From: Octopus vulgaris
Taxonomy: Eukaryota
DNA length: 64,000 bases
Direction: 5' to 3'
Assembly (NCBI GenBank): GCA_951406725.2
Contig: OX597825.1
Coordinates: 44,826,001-44,890,000, forward strand
Shown: positions 1 to 12,479 of the stretch, piece by piece
Layout of the letters: each line of letters begins with the position of its first letter
Position numbering within the stretch: position 1 is the first letter of the stretch
Translations under genes and position numbers: made by a program
The notes under the pieces: model-generated
Told to the model about the DNA's origin: nothing
What the model saw: the letters and a program-made list of their open reading frames with translations, nothing else
Databases searched by the model: none

Positions 1-1447
1 TGTAAAACTGATAGCTATCATAATAGATACTATGAAACAGCTAGCCTAATACACTAAAGGACAAAACAATATCAGTGTATATGCTTTTGTATGTCTGTGC
101 AGTTATATATATGCATATGGTTCTGTATATATGGAAGAGTGCACGTATAAGTTTATACGTACAGTTACATACATGTATGTATATATATGCCATCATTCAG
201 TGTTGTTTACTCATATTCACTGCACAATTATCAGACTTTGAAGCTTGACATTTTTTTAAATATCATTATTTGGCAATTATCTTCTCTTGTGTGAATATTC
301 CTAAAGGCGTCCATCGTTCGAAATACAAGCCCTCGCTATCACAGAGGGTCTCTCCTAGCGAAAACACCTCCTTTGTATAGATAAGACCGCTCCTAACGTC
401 CTTGTTTTCAGGCCAAAAAAAAAAATTTCAATCTCCAGTAATTATTGACACTTTACATAGTTCAGGTGTGGCATCTGAGAATATTCTGTCGCTGCACGTA
501 CTGACATCCGCAACAGATAGGAATGCCCCACCATCACCACTTACATACTCCAGTCTCAAACTCACCTCTCTTCTACTCATCGCTCTTATTTTGTCCAAGG
601 CCTTCTCTCTAGCTAAGCATTAACTTAATCCTTCTTTTCCAGAATTTTCAACCTCTTCGCTCATATTTTTTTCCGCGGGTCTTGATTTGTTCATTTCCTA
701 GTCAAGAGTAACATTAAAAGCACCAGTTTCTCCATTTTAGGAGTACCTGTAATGGCTATGGGCACTGCTCGAACTTTAACTCCCAGCTAGTGAATTATTG
801 CATATACATGTACGTTTTAGATCTTATATTTCATATTCCTGCGGGCCCAGTGTGATGCAAGGCAAAAAGTCTTTATAAAAGAGAAGTCTCTTTCAGAACA
901 TTTCAAACTCTTTCTACAAGTCAACCACTTTCCTTTTGCGATACTTTCGCTATTTCGTTGATATTTGGATACCTAATTACCCTCAACAGGCGAGCGCTAA
1001 TGCGAGTTTGAAAAGGGTTTTCATATAATTTCAAATGTAACAGGCTGCTAACTCTATTGCTAACTTTCTTTTAAATCATCTGTGACGTCACTAAGATTAG
1101 TCCTACACTCTTCGGTAACACATAATGTCACCTATTCATGCACCTGCATCTGGCAAGACAATGTTTAATCCTTAGTAAGAGTTTTGCATTAATATTACAT
1201 GTAAATGTAATTTCCCATTTGTAACTGAATGCATTACTAAAGCAACTAGCAAAATTAAAAAAATTTAATTTAAAATCACACCATTACTGCAACTAAATAT
1301 ATTTGCATTTATGCAGCTTTATGAACTTAAAGCAAAACTTAAAAAGTGAAAATGTTTAAGAACAGCAGCAAAATTATGCTGATTTTCACCTCAAAACTTT
1401 TAGTAATTAATTGTCTAGATTTACATTTATATATCATTTTTATATAA

Positions 1448-2066
1448 CTAGCTTAAAAGTCCCACTCCATGTGGAGTTTTAAGGTAGCTCCTGCGGCCCA
1501 AGAGTAGAAAGACTATAACACGTCTATATTGATTATATGCCCCGGTGGTATTTGATCAGAGATTAAGGACGGATGAGAATTGGTTATGTAATGCAATCAT
1601 TCTATTGTTCTAGTGTTCCAGTCCCAATTTGAATTCCAACTGTCGGCCAGTTTGTCCCAAAGTTCTTATCTCGACGTAAAATTAACGAAGAGAATGTCAT
1701 TTATCTCCCCATTGATCTCCGACGTCATATGACAAACCCCAACCAAGATGGTGCGAATCATCCAAGCTTTACCTCTTAGAACTAACAACCTAAATGCTTT
1801 TAAATGTAATACTTTCGCTATTTCGGTCATATTTGGATAACTAATTACCCTCAACATGTGCACGTTGATGCAAGTTTGAAAGGGGGTTTCATATAATTTT
1901 AAATGTAACAGGCTGCTAACTCTTTTGCTAGCTTTCTTTTAAAGGGCAGATTTCCAATCCCGAGGTCATCCTGTTTCCAAAAAAGTATAATATTTCTATA
2001 TAGAGTAAACGTAGACTGAGATACAGGGACCCGAAACAGACAAGATTTCGTTTTTATTATAATAGA
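1448..2066 (-). mobile_element. Non-autonomous Helitron-like element
   Basis: The minus strand starts TC(TATTATAAT) at 2066. It ends with hairpin ACTCCA-tg-TGGAGT (1464-1477) followed by CTAG at 1448 and lies between A and T. Internal segment 1809-1943 is duplicated at 941-1075. Confidence 0.6.
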
Positions 2067-2124
2067 TGACTATGCATTACTATTTAAAATACATACAACT
2101 GAAAATCATTCTCTGGAGATCAAA

Positions 2125-2470
2125 TTTCTTAATTTTACAGTTAAAAGTTATCCAAATTCTGGAAGAAGTGGTAGTCAGTGGGGGCATGATCATGTGAGGA
2201 TGGTAGATGATACTTCCAACTCCAACTTCTGTAGTTTCTCCAATGTCATTTTTGCGATGTGTTGCATGGCGTTGTCTTGCAATGAAATAGGAGTGGATCT
2301 GTTGACTAATCTAGGTATTTTTGTGTAAGTTTCTGCATCATTTAGTCCAGTTGGCTGCAACATATTTCGACCATGATTGACGAGTCAGGTTTAATGAAAT
2401 CCTAATGGGTCACACCTGCGCCAGACCACCAAACACATACCATCAGCTTTTGATGAATCTTGCTCCTTCC
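2125..2470 (-). pseudogene. Mariner transposase fragment (Hsmar1/cecropia-like), decayed
   Basis: Manual translation gives KLMVCVWWSGAGV, LVNRSTPISLQDNA and APTDYHFFQNLDNF, with stops and frameshifts. Confidence 0.8.
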
Positions 2471-2927
2471 TCAGAGAAGAATTTAAATAACTAACATCAG
2501 AAGAGAACATGCATACACACACACAAACGCACACACACACGCATGCCTGCTTGTATGCATGCATGCATGCATACATACATACATACATACATACATACAT
2601 ACATACATACATACATACATACATACATACATACATACATGCCTAAATACCAGTCTAGAGAAATTAGGGTTCTCAAAACCAGAAAGAAGAAAGCTGGTTC
2701 GAAGACTACAGATCCAAGTCATCACTGAAGCTGTAAAAATTTGTAAAACTTTCCAGAAGTTTATCATTTAAGTATGTATGAGCATATCTAGATATGCAAC
2801 AATATGCATGAGAATAAATATATAAAACAAAGCATACAAATCTGCACACACACTCACGAACATATAGAAAGTGGTATAGCATGCGTAAATATCCATCAAG
2901 GTAAATACCATAAGGTAAAAAGTTATT

Positions 2928-3285
2928 AATTGATAATTAGGGGTGCGACATGTTGCACTAGCACGCTAAAAATATCAGCCAGAAGACGACTACAACCACA
3001 AATTTTCACTGATACGCATTGATTGATGTCGAGGCAATGAGCAGAAATTCTAAGTCCTCGTCCCAATAACGCAAATAATCGTAAATTGAAAAGCCAAACA
3101 TACCCGTATCGTCATGATTTCAAACTTAGTAAAAATGTCACTTAGTTATCCTCAACGAGTCTTACTGATCCAAGGGTCATAGAAACTAATTAATGTGTAT
3201 CAGTGAAAATTTGTGGCTGTATTCGTCTTCAGGCTGCTATTTTAGCATGCTGGCACCACTTGTAGCACCTTTAGTTATTAATTAA
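2928..3285. repeat. Inverted-repeat unit (~95-bp arms) with a degenerate HHR-like motif; PLE-derived
   Basis: 2928-3024 is the reverse complement of ~3188-3285. At 3030-3060 the sequence reads cgag-GCAATGA-gca-GAAA-ttctaag-TC-ctcg. Confidence 0.5.
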
Positions 3286-3436
3286 CAAGCTGGACCCGTA
3301 AAAACTTCACGGAAAGCATAAAAAATGTAAATAGAAATAGTATTATTTCTAAATTTCTCAGAGAGAGACATTTCTTTAATGTAAAATTGTATGTCTCTCT
3401 CTTACAAATTTAGAAATAATACTATTTCTATTTATA

Positions 3437-3690
3437 GATCAGTGGCTGTGTGTCACGTTGAAATTTATATGTTCGAACCGTGAATTCAGCAACGCCACCT
3501 AACCAAGCAGCTACTCTGGGTTGATGAAGAGCAATAAATCTGGAACTAGTCGACAAATGTTGTTTTGTGCTGGAGCGGGGATGCTGAATTCTCGGTTCGA
3601 AAATATAAGGACACAGATATTACTTGGGCTAATAAACAGTAACAATATCCTTTACAGGACAGCCATATTATGTTGGTAAAGTAAATTTTA
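3437..3690 (+). repeat. Divergent single copy of the ~350-bp HHR repeat
   Basis: Shares AGATCAGTGGCTGTGTGTCAC and TATAAGGACACAG with the 5300-7090 units. Outer stem TTCGAACCGTGAATTCAGCA/TGCTGAATTCTCGGTTCGAA. Degenerate core TTGATGA...GGAACTAGTC. Confidence 0.7.
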
Positions 3691-3907
3691 AAATAAAAAA
3701 TGAAAGCATCTGTAAATTGTGTGCTGGTGTTATGAGAAATGTTTCTATATTTTTATACTTTCAGAATATAGAAACAAGTGTAAAACCAATAACTATATAA
3801 TCCAACCAAAATATCTCAGTTATGCAAACGTGAAGATAATTACTATTTAGTCTTAAAATACATCGTACCTTCTTCGTTTAGTGGTACGGAACATTCTTCT
3901 GATATTC

Positions 3908-4163
3908 TTTTATTATTTTACTTGTTTCAGTCATTTGACTGTAGCCATGCTTTAGTCGAAGAAATCGACTCCTGGACTTATTCCCTGTAAGCCCGATGCT
4001 TCTTCTGTCAGTTTTTCTGCCGAACAGCTGTTACGGACGCAAACACACCAACATCGGTTGACAAGCGATGGTGGTAAGGGGACACGCACAGACACACACA
4101 CACACTCATATATATATATATGAATGACGGGCTTCTTTCAGTTGAAATCCACTAATGAGGCTT
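3908..4163 (-). mobile_element. tRNA-derived SINE family A (OK-like), 3' part
   Basis: Reverse complement of the 3' half of the SINE at 7603-8000. Confidence 0.75.
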
Positions 4164-4219
4164 TCCTTTCTCTATCCCTATCGCTTCACTCCTTTTCTCT
4201 ACGGTTAAGAGAGACTGAA

Positions 4220-4510
4220 GGTGCGTGGCTCAGTGGTTAGGGCTATTCAGTCCACGATGGTAAGGTCATGAGTACGATTCCCGGCGACGCGCTGTGTTCT
4301 TCAGTTGTACTTCACCTTCCTGCAGGCCACTCAGCTGGCAAAAATGAGGCCAACCTTGTCACATTCTGTGTGAGGCTGAATCTCCCTGAGAACTACGTTA
4401 TCGTATGCATGTCTGTGGAGTACTCAGCCACTTGAGCTTTAATTTTACGAGCAGACTGTTCCATTTATCAGATAAGCAGGAACCTCGTCATCGTAACCGA
4501 CGGAGTGCCA
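4220..4510 (+). mobile_element. tRNA-derived SINE family B
   Basis: A box TGGCTCAGTGG and B-box-like GTACGATTCC. Homologous to 34836-35150 (-) and to the fragment at 4828-4935. Confidence 0.75.
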
Positions 4511-5299
4511 TTTTTTAAAAAGAGTAAAAGAAAAGAAAATGTTCCATATCGTAAGGCAAACATGTGTTTAGTATAAGCGGTGAAAGCTAAGACGTAATAC
4601 TTGCTTTCCGTCGCGTAGTAACTTCGCCCTGGACTCACGCTCTGTTTGATAACAACAGCCTGTGCATCGGTCTTTATCTGGGGACTTGGTCTCCAGATCT
4701 GTGAGACCCACAAATGCTGCTGTTAGGACCGGATTAACACTCATACTGACTAAAAAGATTTTCCTGCCCCTACATAGGATATTTTTTCGTTTTCTTCCAA
4801 CCACTTGCTTAACTTGCTCTAGGCTTATCTTGCTCCAGTCTACTCAGCTGACCAAAATGAGTTGTAGCTGTAATTGAAAGGGGTCAGCCTTGTCATATTC
4901 TGTATGAGGCTGAATCTCCCTGAGAACTACGTTAATTTTATCCTCGTGTGGTAATGAAAAGTGAAAGTGACGTCCAATATTTGCTGTGTTATTTGTCTTT
5001 GATTTAACAATGTATCTGTGTATCTATGTATTAACTTTTCTTTCGATCTATGTATCTACTTTCTCTCTCATTTGCTTTCTCTCTGTCTGTCTGTCTCTCT
5101 CTCTCTCTTTCTCTCTTACTTCCTGCGTTCCTCCTCTCTTCCGCTTTTAATTTAACAATGTGTGTATGTAAATATGTATCTACTTTTCTTTCAATTTATG
5201 CATCAATCTACTCTGAAAATACTGATAAACATTTTACCTCTCTCTTCAACTTTAGAATAGTAACAGTAACATCCACAGCTATTTGCTGAGAGAGAAATT

Positions 5300-7090
5300 G
5301 TGTGTCACTTTAAAAGTACATGAGCGAGTGATGCTATCCCTAAGCCAACTGTTATTCTGTGTCGATGAATGGAAATAATCCAGAAACAATGGTCCGCTAA
5401 TACCGTTTAATGCTAAGTAGAGATATTAGCTCCTTTGCTCGAGATGTAAGGACTAAGTTGTGTGTCACTTTAAAAGAATATAACTTGAACATGAGCTAGT
5501 GCTGCCATCTCTAAGCCAACGGTTATCCTGTGTCGATGAAGGGAAATGACCAAGAAACCATGTTCCGTATGTACCGTTTAATGCTGAGTGGGGAAATTAG
5601 CTCCCTCGTTCGAGGCATATAGACGGGATTGCGAGTCAGCTGGAAGAGAGGTTTTTCCTGGTGTTAAAAAAGGTAGTAACATCGTCCTAATCAGGACTGA
5701 CAACTTACGTTAGCAAATAGATTTTGCCCTGTAGTACTGTTACTACTTACTTTTCATTCAGAGATTTAAAGCTAATGGCTTCCCTCTTTAGATCAGTGAC
5801 TGTGTGTCACTTTAAATGTATATACCTCGAACAAGGACTAGTACTGCCATTAGTAAGCCAACTGTCATCCTGAGCCGACGAATGGAAATAAACCTGGAAA
5901 CCATGATCCTCAAGTACCGTTTGATGCTGTGCGCGGACATTAGCTCCCTTATTCGAGGTATAAGGACACAGTTGTGCGTCAGTAGCCAAATGCAAAAGAT
6001 GCTTTCCAAGGGATTCAAAAGGTAATAATAGCATCTTAATCAAGATTTCCAATTTACGTGGTCAAATAGATTTTACTCTTTAGTAGTGTTGCTAGTTACT
6101 TGTTGCTCAGTGATTTAAAGCGAATAGTTTTCCTCTTTACGAGATCGGTGGCTGTGTATCACTTTAAAACTATATGCTTCGAACAAGACCTAGTGCTACC
6201 ATCTCTAAGCCAATGGTTTTCCTGTGCCGATGAATGAAAATAACCAAGAAAACTTGGTCCGCAGGTGCTATTTAAGGCTCAGTAGGGACATTAGTTCCCT
6301 TATTCGAGATATAAACACGCAGTTATATGTCGGTAGCCAGCTGGTAAAGATCTTTGCCTGTTGCTAAATAGGTGGTAATATCATCCTAATCAGGACAACC
6401 AACTTACTTTGGAAATAGATTTTACTCTGTAGTACTGTTATTACTTAATTTTCGCTCAGAGATTTAAGACTAATTTTTTTCTGTTATACGCTATGATTAA
6501 TTATGTGCCACTTTGAAAATATATACTTTGAACATGACCTAGTGCTGCCATCTCTAAGCCAACGGTTATTCTGTGCCGCCGATGAAGGGAAATGACCCAG
6601 AAACTATGGTCCGCATTTACCGTGAAATATCCAAGAATCCATGGTGCGCAAGTACCGTTTGGAGCTGAGTGGGGACATTAGTGGGATCAGAAACCATGAT
6701 CCGCATGTATCGTTTAAGGCTGAATGGGGACATTAGCAATCTTGTTTGATATGTATGGACGCAGTTGTGCGTCGGTAGCCAGCTGGAAGAGATGTTTTCC
6801 TGGACTTAAAAATGTAACATCGTCCTAATCAGGACTGCCAACATACGTTAGCAAATAGATTTTTCCCTGTAGTGCTGTTACTACTTACCTTTCACTCAGA
6901 GATTTAAAACTAATGGCTTTTCTTTTTATGAGTGACTGTGTGTCACTTTAAAGGTATATCGAACAAGACCTAGTGCTACCATATCTAACCCAACGGTTAT
7001 CCAGTGCCGGTGAAGTGAAATGACCAAGAAACCATGGTATGCAGGTTACCATTTAAGGCTGAGTGGGGACATAAACTCCCTTGTTCGTGG
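5300..7090 (+). repeat. Tandem array of ~350-bp hammerhead-containing units (non-LTR retrozyme-like)
   Basis: The unit marker TGTGTCACTTT recurs at ~5301, 5461, 5803, 6155, 6504 and 6939. Each unit has tgtg-YCGAYGA-stem II-GAAA-CCATGG-TC-cgca inside a long imperfect hairpin. Confidence 0.85.
5871..5912 (+). ncRNA. Type I hammerhead ribozyme motif (representative array copy)
   Basis: tgag-CCGACGA-atggaaataaacctg-GAAA-ccatga-TC-ctca. Stem I is tgag/ctca here versus tgtg/cgca in other copies, a compensatory change. Sister motifs start at 5358, 5529, 6223, ~6572 and 7003. Confidence 0.7.
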
Positions 7091-7092
7091 TA

Positions 7093-7512
7093 CAGGGGTT
7101 TCACAAAATAATGGAAACACCTAGCGTCATAGCATCATAATTTTGAAATATCTATAAAACCGTCAAAAGCTTGTTTATTTTTATGTTTTTTGATTTATGA
7201 TTTTTTATTCATGTTTTTTTATCTAGCTTAATCTGTTTTGCTAAAATTGCTGTTTCTTTTCAGATATCATCAGAAAATAGTAATAAAAATTCATTAAAAT
7301 GACAGATCTATCGTACTTTCAAATTGTTAGTGCTCGTATGGCAGGTGCTAGCGTAACGAAAACAGCCGATATGTTTGGTGTATCAAGAGGTACTGCCTCG
7401 AAAGTAATGACAGCCTCTGAGAAAGAGTAAAAAACCTCCCCGTCGAAACAAAGCTCATGAAGAAAACCAAAACTTTCAGATAGGGACCATCGGACACTTA
7501 CGCGAATTGTTC
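7093..7512 (+). mobile_element. Tc1 element 5' fragment (TIR plus HTH domain), truncating the HHR array
   Basis: TA|CAGGGGTTTCACAAAATAATGGAAACACC terminus. From 7299: MTDLSYFQIVSARMAGASVTKTADMFGVSRGTASKVMTA...RKPKLSDRDHRTLTRIV, with stops. Confidence 0.85.
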
Positions 7513-7602
7513 TACGTTATATATTTTAATAATTACTGCAATTTTTTATATATGTAAAGCATAATGTTATACATCTATGTATAATTTTTTTTTAAATAAA
7601 TA

Positions 7603-8000
7603 GGCGCAGGAGTAGCTGTGTGGTAAGTAGCTTGCTAACCAACCACATGGTTCCGGGTTCAGTCCCACTGCGTGGCATCTTGGGCAAGTGTCTTCTGCTA
7701 TAGCCCCGGGCCGACCAATGCCTTGTGAGTGGAATTGGTAGACAGAAACTGAAAGAAGCCTGTCGTATATATGTATATATATATATAAGTGTGTGTGTAT
7801 ATGTTTGTGTGTCTGTGTTTGTCCCCCTAGCATTGCTTGACAACCGATGCTGGTGTGTTTACGTCCCCGTCACCTAGCGGTTCGGAAAAAGAGACCGATA
7901 GAATAAGTACTGGGCTTACAAAGAATAAGTCTCGACTAAAGGCGGTGCTCCAGCATGGCCGCAGTCAAATGACTGAAACAAGTAAAAGAGTAAAAGAGTA
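7603..8000 (+). mobile_element. tRNA-derived SINE family A (OK-like), full length
   Basis: Head GGCGCAGGAGTAGCTGTGTGGTAAG with B box GGTTCAGTCCC, internal TA/GT microsatellite, and tail GTCAAATGACTGAAACAAGTAAAAGAGTAAAAGAG. Several copies occur in the window. Confidence 0.85.
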
Positions 8001-8101
8001 TAATATAATGTCTAAAAGTTAATAAATATCACCTCTTGATCCCCACCATTATCTTATTGCTATACACACACACCCACACACACACCCACACACACACACA
8101 C

Positions 8102-8170
<69 letters not shown>

Positions 8171-8173
<3 letters not shown>

Positions 8174-9317
8174 GTATCTATAAAAGGCATGATGTGTGTG
8201 TGTGTACGTGATTGTAATTTTGCACGTCCACAAATTACCACGCATGTCGCTCCAATTTTAGGAGGACATTCGTCAACATCCTATCTAGGTTTTGTCAACC
8301 TATTTTTTTCTCGAGGCATCCGCGGATAGCGGTAACATCTATTTTCAGCCATAGCTTTTAGCGGTAAAAATCTATTTTCAGCCATATTTTGAAGATTGAT
8401 AACATGAGTTAAGTCCCTTCTAGCCATAGCCAAGCGAAAGTGTGTGTGTGAGGGAGAGAGAGAAGTTGTGCGTTGATGTATGTGTGTGTAAGGGAGAGAG
8501 AGTGTTTCGCAACGTCTAACAAAAATATTAAAGAAAAAGAATGTGTAAAGAAGTGTGGGAGATAGTTTGACCAGCGTCTAACAAAAAAAAACAAGATAAA
8601 AAAAGTGGAAGAGAGGCAGAGAGTTTCACAGCGATCTAAACAAAAAAAGGAAAGGACAAAGTGATAGAGAGAGAGAGAGTAAATGACGACGTTCATTTAA
8701 AATAGAATGTAAAATGTTTTGTTTTTTCTTCAACACGAGATATAGTCTTCAAATTTAGGATGTTTTTGAAAGACAGTATATTTTATAATCGTAGTATATA
8801 TACTTTCTCACACAACAATTACAATATATGAAATCATTTATTTATTTATTTTAAATCATTTATTTATTTTAAATCGTTCATCTTTTCCCCACTCTCTCTC
8901 ACACACACGTTACTTTGGGTGCGAAAGAGTTTTGTTTTTATTTTATGCCAAGTAAAAAAGTGTTTTGTTGAGAATCCATTTATTTAACAACAAGGAAACA
9001 AAGATGTAGGTAACAGTTTGTCAGTGAATTACACAATATAAATGGGTACGATTTGCGAGGCTCCCACCTAATCCCACTCCGTTTCACGGACCACGAAAAG
9101 GGTTTTGTTGCATATAAGGAGGCTAGAGTAGTTGCTTCCACGCAAAAGACCGATTTTTTTTCTCAGTGAAAATCGTGCGAGTGTTAATCTACAAATTTAA
9201 CAACATTTTTTCCATTCATTTCTGTTTATGAACATGTATGCGTGCACAAAACATGCAATAGGTGTACGTACGTGTATCTGTGTTCGTATGTGTTGCCCAT
9301 ATATATTTATATTATAT

Positions 9318-9371
<54 letters not shown>

Positions 9372-9514
9372 CATAGTATATATATAATATAACCAATTTC
9401 AACGGATTTCGCCCAAATTTGACGTCGATATTACTTAGTTTGGTTTGAAATAAAGAACTTGATTAGCTTAATAATCGTAAGTTAATCCCGGGCAAGGCCG
9501 GGTTATACCGCTAG
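8171..9514 (+). mobile_element. Non-autonomous Helitron family H1, copy 1
   Basis: A|TC 5' end. 3' hairpin CCCGGGCAAGGCCGGG (9487-9502) then CTAG|T. Colinear with 14262-15601 and 53521-57707. Confidence 0.85.
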
Positions 9515-9536
9515 TATATATATATATATATATATA

Positions 9537-9670
9537 TTCCGTTCTGAATCACAAACGCCCGAAGAAATGGAACGTGGAACTGAGTAATAGTTGTGATTTT
9601 TTGTGATGTTTTTGTAGCTTTAATAATAAGCGCCCCATTTCTTCGGGCGTTTGTGATTCATAACGGAATA
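9537..9670. repeat. Short inverted repeat (~36-bp arms)
   Basis: TTCCGTTCTGAATCACAAACGCCCGAAGAAATGG versus CCATTTCTTCGGGCGTTTGTGATTCATAACGGAA. Confidence 0.7.
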
Positions 9671-9946
9671 AATATCATCTTGCATAAAATCGAAGAAAAC
9701 CTTAAGTCAAATAGAAATCTTAAGTTAAAAAGAAATCATGCATGTCTAGAGTAAATAAATTAATGATAAATAAATAGTGATTTAATATAGATATAAATTT
9801 TAACCCATAGGTTGAGAAAGCTCGCAGACATTATTAAAATATTAACGAGTTTTTTTATATAAGCAATTCATATACACATACATACAAAAATGCAGTAATA
9901 TTTTCCCACCTTGTTTCATATTTATGTGCTTGCTTGGGTATATATA

Positions 9947-10069
9947 TATTTGCCATTTAAATATGGCTAACCCCTAAGGGTGGATGCTACTGTAGTTCGT
10001 AGCCTCGGGAGGACACCTCCTTCATCTGGCTTTAGACACACTTTCTGTGCCCTATCAGCGTTTGCAAAG
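9947..10069 (-). repeat. Fragment of the HHR-repeat conserved domain
   Basis: TTGCCATTTAAATATGGCTAACCCCTAAGGGTGG...CTGGCTTTAGACACACTTTCTGTGC matches 28415-28520 in reverse complement. Confidence 0.75.
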
Positions 10070-10451
10070 TGAGTAGATATTGATTAAAGTAAACAATTAG
10101 GCAATACAGGACAAGAACATTTAATTTCCTTTAATTCAATCTAAAATTTAGCTACATAAGCAATGATAAAAATACTCCGTATGGAGGGAAAATGAAAATG
10201 AATGCTAGCAGATCCAAAGTTGTGCGAATACTCAATATGGAGTACTGCATAACAAATTCTTTCCCTCTTCTCCTTATGCCGTTCCACATAACTATTCTTT
10301 TTGATCATGGATTTACCTAATGCAGACCCAACCTAACCTCATTTAAATAGCCAGATCACAGTGATTTCGCATTTATGCTATTGCCTCTCTTCTCAGTCAT
10401 TAAGATAAGTGCTCCTTGTGGCTATGAGTTGTTTTAACTCTTATTTCTAGC

Positions 10452-10935
10452 AATACCATATTCAAGAAAGGAGACTGGTCAGCGTGCAACAACTACTGCG
10501 ATATCACCTTGCTCAGCATTGCCAGCAAGATTTTCATCAGCATTCTTCTAGATCGTTTTCTGGATGTTGCAGAAGTCCTTCTGGAATATTAATGCGGCTT
10601 TCGGTGGTCACGAGGAACGATTGACATGATCTTCTGTGTAAGACAACTTCAAGAAAAGGCTCGGGAAGAGCAGCAACCACACTTCATCTTCTGGGACATT
10701 CGCAAAGCCTATGACAAGATTTCCCGACCAGCAATGGGGTCTGTATTCCATCGCTTTGGTTGCCCCGATCACTTCGTCAACCTCATCATCGCGCTTCATG
10801 ACAGCATGATAGGACGCGTTTGCAGGCAGCATGCACTCTCTGAACCATTCTCCATCTCCTGATGCCTGAAACAAGGTTGCATCTGGCTCCAACCCTGTTC
10901 TCTACCTACCTGGCGATGATGCTTAACGAGAGCCC
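10452..10935 (+). pseudogene. RTE (BovB-like) LINE reverse transcriptase fragment
   Basis: IFKKGD..CNNY..ITLLSIASKIF; CGFRWSRGTIDMIFCVRQLQEKAREEQQP..FWDIRKAYD; LKQGC. Confidence 0.9.
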
Positions 10936-11738
10936 ACATGACTCTCTTGGAGTTACATCAATATATGAGTATGTCGGTGTCTTAGATGATTGATCGTTTG
11001 ATCGATATTTCAAGTCGTTAGAATGTGGTAAGTTTAGAACATTGCATTGAATATTAATGGATACATTGAATATGAATGGATACATTCTTCGTCTTTTCTC
11101 TGCATTGTTTCAAGGAGTTTTCAAAAGTTAAAATTTTAAAGAGAACACTGGCTATTCAGAAACCGGATTAACAATTAAGTATCTACACAGTATGTGCCTG
11201 TAACTAATATATAACCAGATGACATTACTGTTGGATAAAGTCCAATATACTTAACTAATGAAAATTTCGTTCAGTGATGTGAAACAAATATATTGGCATT
11301 GAGACGGTGCATACACGAATTGGCAACCAATGATTCGTCTACGGCAAAGGCAATTACATAATGTGACTTTCAGTTTTATCTTGACTTCATTGAACGATAG
11401 TTTCTCTAAACTTGCAATAAAGATTCTTCCAGATGAGCCCTAATGTATATTACTCTAGAGTAATTACACTTAGTTGCTTTAATATAATATAATATAATTT
11501 TACGATATGTTGTACGAGACCGTTATGTTTTAGTTATTTTTTCTTTTTTCTTTTTTTTTCTGTTAACTTCATTTTACATTTGAATTAACCCAACTAATCC
11601 GATCAGTTCTATTCCCTAGATCTTTCTAGCCATTGATATACCGTTTCTACGTAAACCCACCGATCTCCCTTCCTTCATCTCTCTCTCACTCTCTCTCTCT
11701 CTCTCTCTCTCTCATTCTCCCTCACTCACTCTCTCCCT

Positions 11739-11836
<98 letters not shown>

Positions 11837-12344
11837 GAACCTCTCTTACTGATCTGTTCAATTGTCTTCCTCCAAACCAGCCGGCCATATTAAAGTTCAC
11901 AAACCTATTCAGTGAATCTACCTCTCTTATTTCCACTATTATTACTTTAGTTCAAAGCACAGGCATCGCTGTACTAAATATGTATTCCACATTCATTCTT
12001 CCCCCAACATCGACATGAAACCTTACTTGGTCATGAGTTAACTTTCTCGTGGTTAAGCGATGAAATTCGCTTAACAACGAACTTTATCGAATTTTATAGA
12101 TATTTTTCGAATGTATTTTTATGAACGAAAACAGAAATCAACCTCTACGAAGGGTAATCACAAGAATTCCACACATAAGTATGTGATGGCTAAACACGGA
12201 TAACATATTATCCTCACTACCCACCCATCTGAAAACACACACGCGCGCATGCGTACAGATACATAGCTAGGAATGAATTGTTTTGTCCCGTATTCCCTAC
12301 ACCATATATATATATATATATATGTCTGTGTGTGTATATGTATA

Positions 12345-12383
<39 letters not shown>

Positions 12384-12425
12384 ATAATAAATATTAGGGA
12401 ATGAATCCAAAATTATATTATATAT

Positions 12426-12479
<54 letters not shown>

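Noticed and set aside
402-700. Host exon or LINE endonuclease fragment
   Set aside because: Only a weak IITGD-like motif on the minus strand, which is not enough to assign.
4568-4804. piggyBac Cys-rich C-terminus (DRCTGCCYQ)
   Set aside because: A single short motif, with no TTAA-flanked TIR or catalytic region recognised.
5300-7090. CRISPR array or protein-coding repeat
   Set aside because: The whole ~350-bp unit is repeated with no unique spacers, there are no cas genes, the context is eukaryotic, and ORFs are not conserved between units.
7603-7680. Genuine tRNA genes (also 4220, 42383, 48561, 62868, 62961)
   Set aside because: A and B boxes are present but there is no complete cloverleaf, and each continues into a repeated SINE body.
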